NCBI GenBank assembly: GCA_014800815.1
Contig: JAAVFI010000008.1
Span: 225-64,224 of the forward strand
DNA length: 64,000 bases
Source: Bacteroidales bacterium
Lineage (GTDB): Bacteria; Bacteroidota; Bacteroidia; Bacteroidales; Muribaculaceae
Reading direction: 5' to 3'
The first letter of the stretch is position 1. Every line of letters starts with the position of its first letter. The notes beneath the pieces were generated by a model. It ran no database searches. It saw only the letters and a list, made by a program, of their open reading frames with translations, and was not told where the DNA came from. This document shows, piece after piece, positions 29,422 through 40,195 of this stretch. Both the position numbers and the translations under genes were made by a program.

Positions 29422-30861
29422 TTAGCCGAAAAGCTTTATCTTGAGAGCTTTAAGGGCGTGGGTGAATTCTCCTACCGAGCGGAAGCGGCCAAGCTGGCGC
29501 GCTATGAACCAAGGCGAAAGGAAGTAGCGCAGATTGTTGGTGAAGAGCAGGCGCTCCATTTCCTTGGCACTGAGGTGCGGCAGGTTGAGAATAGACTCAC
29601 GCTGCACGTCGGTAGGCACATAGTCGTCGGTTTTGAGCCAGCCGTTTTCCTTGCAGATTTTGTAGAACTCCGTGCCGGGGAAGGGCGAAACGATGTTGAA
29701 CATCACCTGGTCGACGCGCAGTTTCTGAGCCTCGCGCAGTGTGTGAAGCACTGTCTCGCGGGTCTCGAGGGGGCTTGAGCCTATGAGTACGTTCAGTTTG
29801 ACGGGCACATCGTACTTCTTGAGCAGCTCCACGGCGCGGTAGATATCCTCGGCAGTCTCACCTTTCTTGATATACTTCAGAATTTCGTCGTTGAACGACT
29901 CTACGCCGATATCGACATAACGGCAGCCGCTCTCGCTGAGCATGCGGGCTATCGGTTCGGTGATAGCGTCGGCACGAGACTGACAGCCCCAAATCATGCC
30001 GTATTTCTTCATGATACCGCACAATGCGGCAGTGCGGGTCTCGTTCCAGATGAAGTTATCATCCATAAATCCAATGGCTTTGTAGCCTTGGGTGGCGAGT
30101 TCCGCAATTTCTTTCTCCACACTCTCGGGCGAGCGGAATCCAATAGTCGGTTTGTGGCCGTGCTCGCCGCGGAATTCTATCTCACGGGCGAAAGTGAGCG
30201 ACGAAGGCACGCAGTAGATGCACTTATAGGGGCAGTTGCGCGAAGTCACTACCGTGGTATAGGGGCCTTGCTTGAGCTTCGGATTGTGGTACATGGCCTC
30301 TCCGAGCAGGTGGCGGGCAGGGAAGGGCAGAGCATCGAGGTCTTTAATGAGGGGGCGGGGCGGATTGTTGACAATCTTGCCGTCGCGCATCCACGAAATA
30401 CCCTTGATACCATCGGGACTTTCGCCGCGCGAAAGGGCTTCTACAAGTTCTTTGAGCGATTCCTCAGGCTCGCCGCGTACCACAAAAGTATTGGCATCGG
30501 GTATGCAACGGGCGGTGAAGTGCGTCGGGCCGGGGCCGAGAAGTATCACCTTTGCATCAGGGCGATGACGGCGGAGAACTTCTATGGCGTGAAGGTCGGT
30601 GGGAATGGAGAGGTTTACAGTCCAGAAAATGTAAATATCAGAGTCGTCGCCCGCAAAAAAACTTTCGAATTCCTCGGCTGTCGTCTTGTGATAGACGAAG
30701 TCGTGGTAGCTGATTTTGTTTGCAGGATTCTGCTCGAGTACGGCAGCTGCGGTGAGCTCGTAGATGTTGGGCGCGAGGTAAACCACGCGTGTACATCCTG
30801 CGGTGCGCTCTGCGGGCTGGCGGTGATCAAAGCAGGGAGGGACAACGAATGATATTTTCAT
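29422..30861 (-). CDS. B12-binding radical SAM protein
   Basis: TSRNCPYKCIYC (CxxxCxxC), N-terminal cobalamin-binding-like region, MDDNF, IGVES. Confidence 0.92.
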   Translation of the reverse strand: MKISFVVPPCFDHRQPAERTAGCTRVVYLAPNIYELTAAAVLEQNPANKISYHDFVYHKTTAEEFESFFAGDDSDIYIFWTVNLSIPTDLHAIEVLRRHRPDAKVILLGPGPTHFTARCIPDANTFVVRGEPEESLKELVEALSRGESPDGIKGISWMRDGKIVNNPPRPLIKDLDALPFPARHLLGEAMYHNPKLKQGPYTTVVTSRNCPYKCIYCVPSSLTFAREIEFRGEHGHKPTIGFRSPESVEKEIAELATQGYKAIGFMDDNFIWNETRTAALCGIMKKYGMIWGCQSRADAITEPIARMLSESGCRYVDIGVESFNDEILKYIKKGETAEDIYRAVELLKKYDVPVKLNVLIGSSPLETRETVLHTLREAQKLRVDQVMFNIVSPFPGTEFYKICKENGWLKTDDYVPTDVQRESILNLPHLSAKEMERLLFTNNLRYFLSPWFIARQLGRFRSVGEFTHALKALKIKLFG

Positions 30862-30903
30862 AATTTTATAATTGGCTGTCTATATAACGCCGACGCTCCT
30901 ATA

Positions 30904-32754
30904 TTATTGCGTACGCACCACTTTCATGCCGCAACGTGCGCAGTCGAAGTCGAGGCGGTATAGGCCCGACTTGTTGCGCAGGAAGAGTGGAGAGGGGAGG
31001 GCCTTTGCGTTCTTCTCTCGAAGACAGGCGCCGAGTTCACGGCGTATGCAGTAGCGTGTAGTCATCACCGTAAGGTCGTCGCCCGCATCTTTCTTTCCGC
31101 TGATTTCAAGGGCTTTCTGTGCTATCGTGGCACTGTGGCTCTTGTAAAAATGTTCGGAAAGGCGGTTGGCCACATTGTCGTGGTAGGTGAGCGGTGCCGC
31201 GTCTGCGAAAGCATCCTTTTCGAGCGTCGATTTCTTGCGTCGGTCGTATGTGTAAGTAGCCTCTGCGGCAGTGTCGAGGGCTTCGACAGCCTTTCGGCGT
31301 CCCTCGGCGAGCACCGAAGCGGCAACGAAACGGTCGCCGAGTCGGTCGTCGACGTCCCGGAGTTCATATATGGTATCACCCAGGCGCGCGAGGGTCTTGC
31401 GGCGTGCTTCGGTCTGAGGTGTACGGGCTTTCTGATCAGGACTTTCTATAACTACCTCTGCACGGCAACCGCGACCGTCGGTCACGGCTATGGCTATATG
31501 GTTTTCGCCCGCCTCCGAGAGCATGAAGTCAAGTGGAATAGTCCGTTTGCACGACGAATCGGTGCGGTCGAGCACATCGAAAAATGCTTTGTCGGAGTTG
31601 CGGTATAATGCTGTCCCTACTGTAAGGCCGGGGAGTTCGCCGAGCGGGAACAGACGCTTGCCCTCAACCTTATTCAGACGGAAGCCGTGAAAACTTCCCG
31701 ACTTGTCGAAGTATCCGAGGCCGTCGCCGTTGGTCAGTTCTGCCGAAAGCGACGCCGTGAACGTTCCCCGGCTGTCGGGTGCCGAGGTCACTTTTCCTAC
31801 GAGCAGACCGGCCCACTTCGGGGTGTCGAGCGACGCCATTCTGCCGGCCAAACCTCTGCCGCGAAGAAAGTAATTAGTATATCCTCGGTTGAATGTACGG
31901 TCGGGGTCGGGAGTGAAGTCGCACACCGAAGTGCCTGCAGATGAACGACAAATATCCTGCCGTCCGGCTATTATTTTGTCGAGAGCCTGCGAATATGCTG
32001 CCGTTACATTTGCTACATAACGCGCATCTTTGAGTCTGCCTTCGATTTTGAACGACGATGCTCCTGCGTCTATCAGTTCTTCGAGGTCGGCACGGCGGTC
32101 GAGGTCGCGCAGCGAAAGATAGTGCTTTTCGGGAGCTACGGCATTGCCGTCGGCATCGACGAGTTCGTAAGGCAGACGGCACATCTGTGGACATACACCG
32201 CGGTTGGCACTGCGCCCCATTGCGGCTTGGCCTGCCTGACAATCACCGCTGTAGCTCACACACAAGGCTCCGTGAACGAATACCTCGACGGGCACGCCGG
32301 CGGCTTCCTGCGCAGCCTTGATTTCTGCAAGAGTAAACTCGCGCGGCAACACCAGTTGGGAGAATCCCGCCGATGCAAGCAGTGCGGCCTTCTCGGGAGT
32401 GCGGATATCGCACTGGGTGCTGGCATGGAGGGCTATTGGCGGCAGATCCATTTCGAGATATGCCATGTCCTGCACTATCAGGGCGTCAACGCCTGCTGCA
32501 AAGAGTTTCCATACGAGCTTGCGGGCCTCTTCGAGCTCATTGTCGAAGAGTATGGTATTCATTGTCACATATACCCTTGCGCGGTATTTGTGAGCGAAAG
32601 TCGCAAGAGCAGCTATATCTTCCACGCTGTTGCCTGCGGCGGCGCGTGCGCCGAATGCCGGAGCACCTATATATACGGCATCGGCACCGGCAAGTATGGC
32701 GGTGCGGCCCACGGAAGCATCGCGGGCGGGAGCAAGAAGTTCGATACTACGCAT
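30904..32754 (-). CDS. U32 family peptidase-like protein with C-terminal extension (RlhA-like)
   Basis: IELLAPA, GADAVYIG, HASTQ, FVHGALCVSYSG.C, NRGVCPQMCR, SFKIEGRLK. Confidence 0.9.
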   Translation of the reverse strand: MRSIELLAPARDASVGRTAILAGADAVYIGAPAFGARAAAGNSVEDIAALATFAHKYRARVYVTMNTILFDNELEEARKLVWKLFAAGVDALIVQDMAYLEMDLPPIALHASTQCDIRTPEKAALLASAGFSQLVLPREFTLAEIKAAQEAAGVPVEVFVHGALCVSYSGDCQAGQAAMGRSANRGVCPQMCRLPYELVDADGNAVAPEKHYLSLRDLDRRADLEELIDAGASSFKIEGRLKDARYVANVTAAYSQALDKIIAGRQDICRSSAGTSVCDFTPDPDRTFNRGYTNYFLRGRGLAGRMASLDTPKWAGLLVGKVTSAPDSRGTFTASLSAELTNGDGLGYFDKSGSFHGFRLNKVEGKRLFPLGELPGLTVGTALYRNSDKAFFDVLDRTDSSCKRTIPLDFMLSEAGENHIAIAVTDGRGCRAEVVIESPDQKARTPQTEARRKTLARLGDTIYELRDVDDRLGDRFVAASVLAEGRRKAVEALDTAAEATYTYDRRKKSTLEKDAFADAAPLTYHDNVANRLSEHFYKSHSATIAQKALEISGKKDAGDDLTVMTTRYCIRRELGACLREKNAKALPSPLFLRNKSGLYRLDFDCARCGMKVVRTQ

Positions 32755-33577
32755 TTTCTTTTCCGAGAAGTGCCAGAGCTTCGGCGCGGGAGGCTGTGAT
32801 TCTGTCAGGATGATGAGCGTCGCTGTTTACGAGAATGGTGACGCCGGCATCTACGAGTCGCGGCAGATAGCGTTCGCCGGGGAAGAAGCGCCCGTGCTGA
32901 ATACGTGCTTTTGTGTTGAGCTCAATAGTGATATCGCGCTCTATTATCAGGTCGATCAGGCCGTTGACGAGCGACTGATAGTGGTTGCCGTCCTCAATGC
33001 CGGGGGCGAAGTAAGAAGCATTCTGCCCGACCTTGTCGAAGTGACCGAGTATATCGAAGCCGCCGGCCTCGATCATGGCACGGTTCTGATCGAAGTATGT
33101 CTGAACAACATAGTCGATATCGTTGCGGAAATACTCGCGCATACGTCGGGTGAAGTTGTCGAAGTGGCCGTCGATGTCTACCGGTTCGCCGCTCTGAGTG
33201 GGTATGAAGTGCACCGAGCCTATAGTATAGTCGAGCGGCAGATTCTTGAAGTAAGAGTGTGCCGGACCCCATTCTTCCGATAGATAGTCCACCTCCATGC
33301 CGATATAGAATCGGCAGGCGGCGAGCGAGGGATCGGACGCTATACGGCGACCTTGAGTTATGAATTCCTCCACGTCTTCGGCCTTCATATTGCAGGGCGA
33401 AGGTATGGGTATAGGGCTGTGAGGAGTGAATCCGTAGTGCTTCATACCCGCTGCGACAGCGGCCTCGGCCATTACGGTCATAGGAGCCCTGCCGTCGCAG
33501 AATTGGGTGTGACTGTGGAAGTTATAGTTGTTTGTAGATGAAATTATCTTATCGAAATCCATATCAATATGATACAT
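32747..33577 (-). CDS. PHP-family histidinol-phosphatase (HisJ-like)
   Basis: NFHSHTQFCDG, GFTPHSP, IGMEVDY, IGSVHF, GHFDK, NSDAH. Confidence 0.88.
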   Translation of the reverse strand: MYHIDMDFDKIISSTNNYNFHSHTQFCDGRAPMTVMAEAAVAAGMKHYGFTPHSPIPIPSPCNMKAEDVEEFITQGRRIASDPSLAACRFYIGMEVDYLSEEWGPAHSYFKNLPLDYTIGSVHFIPTQSGEPVDIDGHFDNFTRRMREYFRNDIDYVVQTYFDQNRAMIEAGGFDILGHFDKVGQNASYFAPGIEDGNHYQSLVNGLIDLIIERDITIELNTKARIQHGRFFPGERYLPRLVDAGVTILVNSDAHHPDRITASRAEALALLGKENA

Positions 33578-35018
33578 CGTGAATCAGACGTCCGCTCTTG
33601 CGAAGTGCCTGGTAGCGGGCGAACAGTCCGAGGAAACAGAGGTCGACTACAACAGCCGATCCGAGTGCCACCTCCATAGGAAGGCCGAAGCCCTCGGGCG
33701 AGGGTGCGAAAAGTATATAGGTGATTACTACGGTGGTCATGAAGAGCGCTGGCACGAGACATATCACGTATGCCTTGCCGTGGCGGGCGAGATATACCGT
33801 GGCTGCCCAGAGTGTGAATGCTGCAAGTGTCTGATTTGTCCACGCAAAGTAGCGCCACAGCACATTGAAGTCAATCATCATTATACCGAATGTAAGCACG
33901 AATATCGGGATGGATATCAGCAGGCGGTTGCGCAGCGAGCTCTGCGACGTGTGCATGAAATCGGCTACGATAAGTCGGGCCGAACGCAGCGCTGTATCGC
34001 CGGTGGTGATAGGTGCGGCAATCACTCCGAGGAGTGCGAGGAAGCCACCCAAAGTGCCGAGCCAACCTACTGAAATATCGTGTACCAACGCGCCTGCACC
34101 TGCGTGTGAACCCATATAGTCGGCAAGTTCGCCGTATCCGCCGGTGAATGCTATGGCAGCCGCAGCCCAGATAAGAGCCACGATACCTTCGGCTACCATT
34201 GCGCCGTAGAACACGGGGCGCGCGAGTTTCTCTGTCTTGAGGCAGCGAGCCATCATTGGCGACTGTGTGGCATGGAAGCCCGAGATAGCACCGCACGCTA
34301 TGCTCACAAACATCATGGGGAAGAGCGGAGCAGTCTCCGGCGAGGAGTGCCTGTTCTGCAGGCCTTCGCTGAATCCGTCGGGGATTGTCACATCTCCGAA
34401 GATGAGCACGCCGAGCAGACCCGCAGCCATGAAGAGGAGAGCGAAGCCGAACACGGGGTAGAAACGGCCGATTAGTTTGTCGATAGGAAGCACGGTAGCA
34501 AGCATGTAATATAGGAAGATGATTCCTATCCAGAAGAAATTACCCGCCCAGTCGGGAGTCATGTCGGCGAGTAGGCCGGCAGGAGTGAGCACAAACACTG
34601 CTCCGACAAGAATGAGGAGCACGGTGGAGACTACGCGCATAGTCATCTTTACGGCCGGACCGAGTTCACGGCCAACAAGTTCGGGCAAGGAGTCGCCTCC
34701 GCTGCGGAGCGACATCATGGCTGAGATGAAGTCGTGCACGGCGCCGCCGAAGATTGTTCCGGCCACAATCCATATAAACGCGGCCGGCCCGAACATCACG
34801 CCCATTATGGCACCGAAAATCGGGCCGAGCCCGGCGATGTTGAGGAATTGTATGAGGAAAACCTTCCACGTAGGCAGGGGGATGTAGTCAACGCCGTCGG
34901 CCTTGGTCTGTGCCGGAGTAGGGCGTGAATAGTCTGTGCCGAATACCTTTTCGGCAATCAGACCGTACACGAAGTATCCTCCGATGAGGACTGCGAGAGA
35001 TATCAGGAGAGTGGTCAT
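33564..35018 (-). CDS. cstA: Carbon starvation CstA family transporter
   Basis: [47 protein letters not shown]. Confidence 0.93.
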   Translation of the reverse strand: MTTLLISLAVLIGGYFVYGLIAEKVFGTDYSRPTPAQTKADGVDYIPLPTWKVFLIQFLNIAGLGPIFGAIMGVMFGPAAFIWIVAGTIFGGAVHDFISAMMSLRSGGDSLPELVGRELGPAVKMTMRVVSTVLLILVGAVFVLTPAGLLADMTPDWAGNFFWIGIIFLYYMLATVLPIDKLIGRFYPVFGFALLFMAAGLLGVLIFGDVTIPDGFSEGLQNRHSSPETAPLFPMMFVSIACGAISGFHATQSPMMARCLKTEKLARPVFYGAMVAEGIVALIWAAAAIAFTGGYGELADYMGSHAGAGALVHDISVGWLGTLGGFLALLGVIAAPITTGDTALRSARLIVADFMHTSQSSLRNRLLISIPIFVLTFGIMMIDFNVLWRYFAWTNQTLAAFTLWAATVYLARHGKAYVICLVPALFMTTVVITYILFAPSPEGFGLPMEVALGSAVVVDLCFLGLFARYQALRKSGRLIHDVSY

Positions 35019-35998
35019 TCGCCTATTTCGGGGGTAGAAGTGGGGTTATTGCCGAGAGACTGACGCATGTTGGTGTCGGCCTCCATATTTTTCATACGGT
35101 AGTAGTCCATGATACCGAGGTTGCCGTTGAGGAATGCCTGAGCCATAGCTTCGGGCAGACGACATTCGGCTTCGATAACCTTGGCGCGGGCTTCCTGCGC
35201 GAGAGCTTTCATCTCCTGCTCGCGGGCGATAGCCATGGCGCGGCGTTCCTCGGCCTTGGCCTGGGCGATGTTCTTGTCGGCTTGAGCCTGGTCGATCTGA
35301 AGGGCTGCACCGATGTTGCGGCCTATGTCGATATCGGCGATGTCGATAGAGAGAATTTCGAAGGCTGTACCTGAGTCGAGACCCTTGCGGAGCACGAGTT
35401 TGGATATCGAGTCGGGGTTCTCGAGCACCTGCTTGTGGCTCTCTGCCGAACCGATAGACGATACTATACCTTCGCCTACACGAGCGAGCACGGTGTCTTC
35501 GCCGGCACCGCCAACGAGCTGACGGATATTGGCGCGCACTGTCACGCGGGCCTTGGCAATGAGCTGAATACCGTCTTTTGCAACTGCGGTAACGGGCGGA
35601 GTGTCAATGACTTTGGGGTTGACACTCATCTGCACGGCCTGGAATACATCGCGGCCGGCAAGGTCGATAGCTGTGGCCATTTTGAAGCCGAGGTCGATGT
35701 TGGCTTTCGATGCCGACACGAGGGCGTGTACCACTCGTTCAACATTACCGCCGGCGAGGTAGTGAGCCTCAAGGTCGTCGCGGGTCACGTCTTTAAGACC
35801 GGCCTTGTGAGCCTCGATGAGGGCGCGTACGATGACACTTGCGGGCACCTGACGGATACGCATGAGCACAAGCTGAAGCAGAGAGATGCGCACGCCGCTC
35901 ACGCGTGCCGAAATCCATAGGAAGAAGGGGCAGTAGTAGAAGAATACTATAAGCAGAAGTACTGCTGCTACAATTATGAGAATGACAGTAAGTTCCAT
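35015..35998 (-). CDS. floA: Flotillin-like protein FloA (YqfA)
   Basis: [52 protein letters not shown]. Confidence 0.93.
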   Translation of the reverse strand: MELTVILIIVAAVLLLIVFFYYCPFFLWISARVSGVRISLLQLVLMRIRQVPASVIVRALIEAHKAGLKDVTRDDLEAHYLAGGNVERVVHALVSASKANIDLGFKMATAIDLAGRDVFQAVQMSVNPKVIDTPPVTAVAKDGIQLIAKARVTVRANIRQLVGGAGEDTVLARVGEGIVSSIGSAESHKQVLENPDSISKLVLRKGLDSGTAFEILSIDIADIDIGRNIGAALQIDQAQADKNIAQAKAEERRAMAIAREQEMKALAQEARAKVIEAECRLPEAMAQAFLNGNLGIMDYYRMKNMEADTNMRQSLGNNPTSTPEIGE

Positions 35999-36041
35999 TC
36001 GCGTAATTATTTAAGGTGATAGATGTTTGTTTACTAAGATA

Positions 36042-37481
36042 TCAGCGGCTCTCGAGCCGTATCGCGGTGTTGCGCTGAGAGAGGATGCGTCCGCGGAGCG
36101 AGGCTTCTTCCTTTTCGGCCTCAAGTATGCGGGAGGCTACCGAGCGGTCGCCCGAGCGATATGTGTTGCGGAGGGCGTCGAGTTGAGCTGAGAGCTTGCG
36201 GAGAGTCGATTCTGTAGCTATGGCTTCGAGCATAGCAGCTCGTGCCTGCTTGTTTTTGAAGTCGTTGAGGCGGTAGAGTATGCGTCCGTTGCCGAGGTCA
36301 AGGGCAAATTTCACACCCTGGCTGTCGGTGTCGCTGCCGTTAGCCGTTGCTGCAGGCAATTTCTCGTTGAGCAGAGCCTTGTAGTCAACGCCTTCTTTCT
36401 GCGTGAGCGAGATATCCGACAGCATGGCGAGTGACGCCAGATTCGGGTCGGACACGTCTACATTGACGCGTTTGGGAGCGGGAGCGAAGATGAATATTTT
36501 GAGCTTGCCCGGCTCGCAGTCGCGGTCGGAAGCCCACCAGCCGAGGCCTGTGGTTTCGTCAATAGCCAGGAGGTAGTCGTTTGCGGGCGAATTGTAGGGC
36601 ATGCCTATATTCTGCGGTTGGAAGTAGTCGCGGCCGTTGCCCGAGGCATCAGTGCGTCGGGTCATGAATATATCGTATCCGCCGAGCGAACCTTCGCCGT
36701 CTGATGCGAAATAGAGAGTCACGCCGTCGGGCATAAGGAAGGGGTAGAGCGCGTTTGCGCCGCCTGCAAGGCTTTCGTCAAGCATCTGAGGGTGATCGAT
36801 AGTGCCGTCGTCGAGTATGTCGGCACTGAACAGACGGAAGTACTCTGTTGAGTCGGAAGCTGCCCAAAGGAGCTCGGAGCGGTTTTCGGGCATATAAGCC
36901 ATTGAGAGCCTGTCGGAACGGTTGCCGGCTCCGAGACGGCTCACGGCTTCGGGCGGAAGGAGCGAGCCGGCTTCGGGCGAGAGACGGTAGACGCGGAAAA
37001 ATGCAGCGCTGTCTACTGTCAGAGTATCAAGCACTTCTATCTTCTCAACCCTGTCGAGCATGTTCTGCATCTGCACGGTCTTCGACGAAAGTTCATCGAA
37101 GAGCTCGGGTACACTTTTTTTATTCTTCTTGAGTATCGCCTCCCATGTATCGAGGTGCTCGCGGGCCTCCTCTGCATCGTAGATGTCGAGCGAATACTGA
37201 GCGAGCATGCGTGCGGCTTCGGCCACGCTCTTGCTCTCAGCCATTTCAAGCGGCTCTACGGCCTCCTCGAAATTTCCGAGCATAAAAAGCGATGCGCCGA
37301 GGAAGAAATTGGCGTTGCCGTCACGCGGCGAGCGCTTTACGAGCGGACGTGCCTTCTCTGCAGCCTCCTCGTAGCGGCCTTCATTATATAGTTTGCGCAC
37401 ATCATCTATCGGTGCGGCAGATGATGCGAATACACATGCAGCCAGAAGAGCTGCGCCTGTTATAAGTCTAAAGCTGTGCAT
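36042..37481 (-). CDS. Secreted TPR plus PD40-like repeat protein
   Basis: Signal peptide, N-terminal TPRs, YPFLMPDGVTLYFASDG..SLGGYDIFMT. Confidence 0.75.
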   Translation of the reverse strand: MHSFRLITGAALLAACVFASSAAPIDDVRKLYNEGRYEEAAEKARPLVKRSPRDGNANFFLGASLFMLGNFEEAVEPLEMAESKSVAEAARMLAQYSLDIYDAEEAREHLDTWEAILKKNKKSVPELFDELSSKTVQMQNMLDRVEKIEVLDTLTVDSAAFFRVYRLSPEAGSLLPPEAVSRLGAGNRSDRLSMAYMPENRSELLWAASDSTEYFRLFSADILDDGTIDHPQMLDESLAGGANALYPFLMPDGVTLYFASDGEGSLGGYDIFMTRRTDASGNGRDYFQPQNIGMPYNSPANDYLLAIDETTGLGWWASDRDCEPGKLKIFIFAPAPKRVNVDVSDPNLASLAMLSDISLTQKEGVDYKALLNEKLPAATANGSDTDSQGVKFALDLGNGRILYRLNDFKNKQARAAMLEAIATESTLRKLSAQLDALRNTYRSGDRSVASRILEAEKEEASLRGRILSQRNTAIRLESR

Positions 37482-37559
37482 TTTGTGCGTCTTTTTTCTT
37501 TGTTTTCACAAAGGTACGAAAAAAAGCGCACATATCACACACTATACGTGTAAAGTGTG

Positions 37560-38258
37560 TTAACCGAATTTGCTGATTTTACGCAGTTGAGCCTCGTTGA
37601 TGATTTTTATACGGCGACCGTCGACAATAAGAAGATGCTCGTTTACAAACGCCGAGAGGGTGCGGATAGCGTTTGAGGTGGTCATGTTCGAGAGGTTTGC
37701 GAGGTCTTCGCGAGCCATATATATGCGCAGTGTACAGTTGTCGTCCTCATACCCGTAGTTGTCGAGAAGCACCATGAGGGCTTCGGCCAGACGGCCTCGG
37801 ATGTGTTTCTGGGTAAGGTTTACAATCTTTGTGTCGGAGCCGCCGAGGTTGCGCGACAGCTCGTGGATGAAGAACCAAGCGAGATTGATATTATTCTGTA
37901 TCAAATCTTTGACGATGCCGAGGGGTAGAGCTCCGAGGGTGGAGGGCTCAAATGCTTCGGCACTCGACACATAGGGCTCGCCTGCGAAGAATGCTCGATA
38001 TCCGAAATATTGGACAGGGCGGATGAGGCGGAGTATCTGCACGCGGCCGCCTACTCCTTCTTTTGTCTTTTTTACTTTACCTTTGAAGAGGCACCATAGG
38101 TATTCGGGCTCATCTCCTTCAGCATATATCAGCTGATTTTTCTTGAATGTGTGAAATTGCAGATTGTCGGTTACGATTCTCTTTTCGTCGGGGGATAGAA
38201 CCGTCCAGATTTCGGCCATATCTTCATTCAGAACTTTTTCAAGAGCAGACTTCAGCAT
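37560..38258 (-). CDS. Crp/Fnr family transcriptional regulator
   Basis: cNMP-binding fold (IYAEGD, YFGYRA) plus HTH (REDLANLSNMTTSNAIRTLS.F). Confidence 0.93.
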   Translation of the reverse strand: MLKSALEKVLNEDMAEIWTVLSPDEKRIVTDNLQFHTFKKNQLIYAEGDEPEYLWCLFKGKVKKTKEGVGGRVQILRLIRPVQYFGYRAFFAGEPYVSSAEAFEPSTLGALPLGIVKDLIQNNINLAWFFIHELSRNLGGSDTKIVNLTQKHIRGRLAEALMVLLDNYGYEDDNCTLRIYMAREDLANLSNMTTSNAIRTLSAFVNEHLLIVDGRRIKIINEAQLRKISKFG

Positions 38259-38452
38259 AAGGGTAGGTTAGAGAGTACAGTGCGATTTTTTATGTTTTAC
38301 AACATGCAAAGGTACAAAAAATTATCCTTAAACCAATAATTTGAGGCCATGAATTTCTCGAAAATGCCCGTTTTGTGGCAAAATCGCGCTTTCGGAGCCT
38401 CTGCCGTCCATGTTTTTCAGTAAGAATTCCGAATTTTTATTCGACCGCGTCG

Positions 38453-39022
38453 CTATTCTCGGAGCGCCTCTCTGATTTCTTCCTGCATACTTTTGGAAAG
38501 CTTGCGGGCCTGCCTCCATTTCCGTATACCGATTATAGCGCCGACAATAGCGCCAGCAAACATACCCGGGAGTACGTCGCTGATGCTGAGATACCAGGCG
38601 TAGCCGATTATGATGCCAACTACCGGAAATCCTAATACCATGCCTAATGCGCGCAGTTGTTTCTGGAGCTTTCGCAGATTTATAATTACCGACAAAGCTG
38701 TGACTACGGGCATGGACAGTAGATTGCATTTTCTGATTTTTTCAGAGAACCAAAAGTCGACTATTGCCATGACAATTCCGTATAAGCCATAGATTACAGA
38801 CACCCACACGGGGCAGCCCAGAATGTAATACAGATTGGGCGAGAGTGCGGTGACACACAGAGCAAATATCGACGCTTTCTGATAGAAAGCCACGAGGCGC
38901 TGCTGCGAAGTCTCGACTTTGCCTCGGGCAATACGTCGGGTCGCTTCGCGTGTTTCAGCATCGATCTTTTCATCCGAAATGCTGAAGTTCCGCCATGAGC
39001 TTTTGAGTGAGTCTAAATCCAT
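38453..39022 (-). CDS. Membrane protein, putative anti-sigma factor
   Basis: MDLDSLKSSW N-terminus with four TM helices, downstream of an ECF sigma. Confidence 0.72.
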   Translation of the reverse strand: MDLDSLKSSWRNFSISDEKIDAETREATRRIARGKVETSQQRLVAFYQKASIFALCVTALSPNLYYILGCPVWVSVIYGLYGIVMAIVDFWFSEKIRKCNLLSMPVVTALSVIINLRKLQKQLRALGMVLGFPVVGIIIGYAWYLSISDVLPGMFAGAIVGAIIGIRKWRQARKLSKSMQEEIREALRE

Positions 39023-39049
39023 ATTCAGGTGCAGGTTAGAGAGATAAAA

Positions 39050-39556
39050 TCAGGCCTCGGCCATTTTGGAGAGTTTGTCTTTGATTCGGTGAATCTTCAC
39101 GGCTACATTGCCCGATGTCATACCCATGATAGTGCCTATCTCCGAGTACGATTTTTCGTCGAGCCAGAGAGTGATAAGAGCCTTGTCGATGGGCGATAGC
39201 TGTGCTATGAGTTTCAGAAGTTCCTGGTACTGCTCCAGTTTTTCGTTTGCTGGAGATTTGTCGGGGAGGTCAAACCCGATATCGTCCAGACGGAGTGTGT
39301 CCGACTGCCGGTGCTTGCTGTTGCGTCGGTGCCAGCTTATACACGTGTTGAGGGCGGCACGATATATCCAGGTAGATAGTTTGGCTTCGGCTCTGAAAGA
39401 GTCAAGGCCGAGCCATATATTTATGAGAACTTCCTGAAAGAGATCGTCGAAAGGCGACGTCGGCGACGAGTAAAGGCAGCACACCTTCGCTATCACATCT
39501 TTATATTCGCGTGTGATAGCTGCAAAGCGTTCTTCTTTGTCTGCGTCGGGTCTCAT
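39050..39556 (-). CDS. ECF RNA polymerase sigma factor
   Basis: DDLFQEVLINIW.GL..FR.EAKLSTWIYR.ALNT; NVAVKIHRIK. Confidence 0.95.
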   Translation of the reverse strand: MRPDADKEERFAAITREYKDVIAKVCCLYSSPTSPFDDLFQEVLINIWLGLDSFRAEAKLSTWIYRAALNTCISWHRRNSKHRQSDTLRLDDIGFDLPDKSPANEKLEQYQELLKLIAQLSPIDKALITLWLDEKSYSEIGTIMGMTSGNVAVKIHRIKDKLSKMAEA

Positions 39557-39562
39557 ACTATC

Positions 39563-39591
39563 TTAGACGCGAAAAATGCAGATATATTACA
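39563..39591 (-). promoter_or_regulatory. ECF-type promoter TGTAATA-N15-CGTCTAA (leaderless)
   Basis: ttagacg 39563-39569, tattaca 39585-39591; 6 nt from the ATG at 39556. Confidence 0.6.
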
Positions 39592-39657
39592 ACCTGATAT
39601 GAAAAAACACAAAAAAAATCCGGAATACCATGTCGGTACTCCGGATTGATATGGAGC

Positions 39658-40143
39658 TTAGATAAGCGTGTTCAGTTCATCAGGCGAAGGATTGTAGGCG
39701 ACTATCCGGCCTTCGGGATTGATAAGCACCGAGCCGAAACCTTGGTCGAGGCCATATTTGTCGGAGAGTTCCTTCGCTCGCTCTCCGGAAATATGAAATT
39801 GCTGGTCGTTGACAAGGCTGTCGCGCCTTACTATCTCGCGGAACAGAGCCTGAGAATCGTCGAAGTTGATACCTATCATTTTAAGGTCGGCTTCGGGATT
39901 GCGCCGTTCCCATGCGGTGTAGAGGTTGGCAGCCTGACGCGAAAGTGCGTCGGTCGACGACCAGAACGTGAGCAGCACGTAGTCGCCTCGCATGCGGTCA
40001 AGGTTTATCACGCTGTCGGCTTCTTCAAGAGCTATAGCCGGAGCGTGCAGTCCTATAGGCTTGTGATGTCGGCTTTCGGCATACCCGCCGGCAAAGAGGA
40101 GCACGCCTATAAAAAGAGCCGCAATTAAAAATGTCTTTTTCAT
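39658..40143 (-). CDS. Thioredoxin-like (TlpA/AhpC-TSA fold) exported protein without CxxC
   Basis: RGDYVLLTFWSST, LINPEGRIVA.N. Confidence 0.75.
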   Translation of the reverse strand: MKKTFLIAALFIGVLLFAGGYAESRHHKPIGLHAPAIALEEADSVINLDRMRGDYVLLTFWSSTDALSRQAANLYTAWERRNPEADLKMIGINFDDSQALFREIVRRDSLVNDQQFHISGERAKELSDKYGLDQGFGSVLINPEGRIVAYNPSPDELNTLI

Positions 40144-40195
40144 TAGTGTATTCCTTTCTTATCAAAAGAATAACACTTGACACTGCCGCGAGGTT

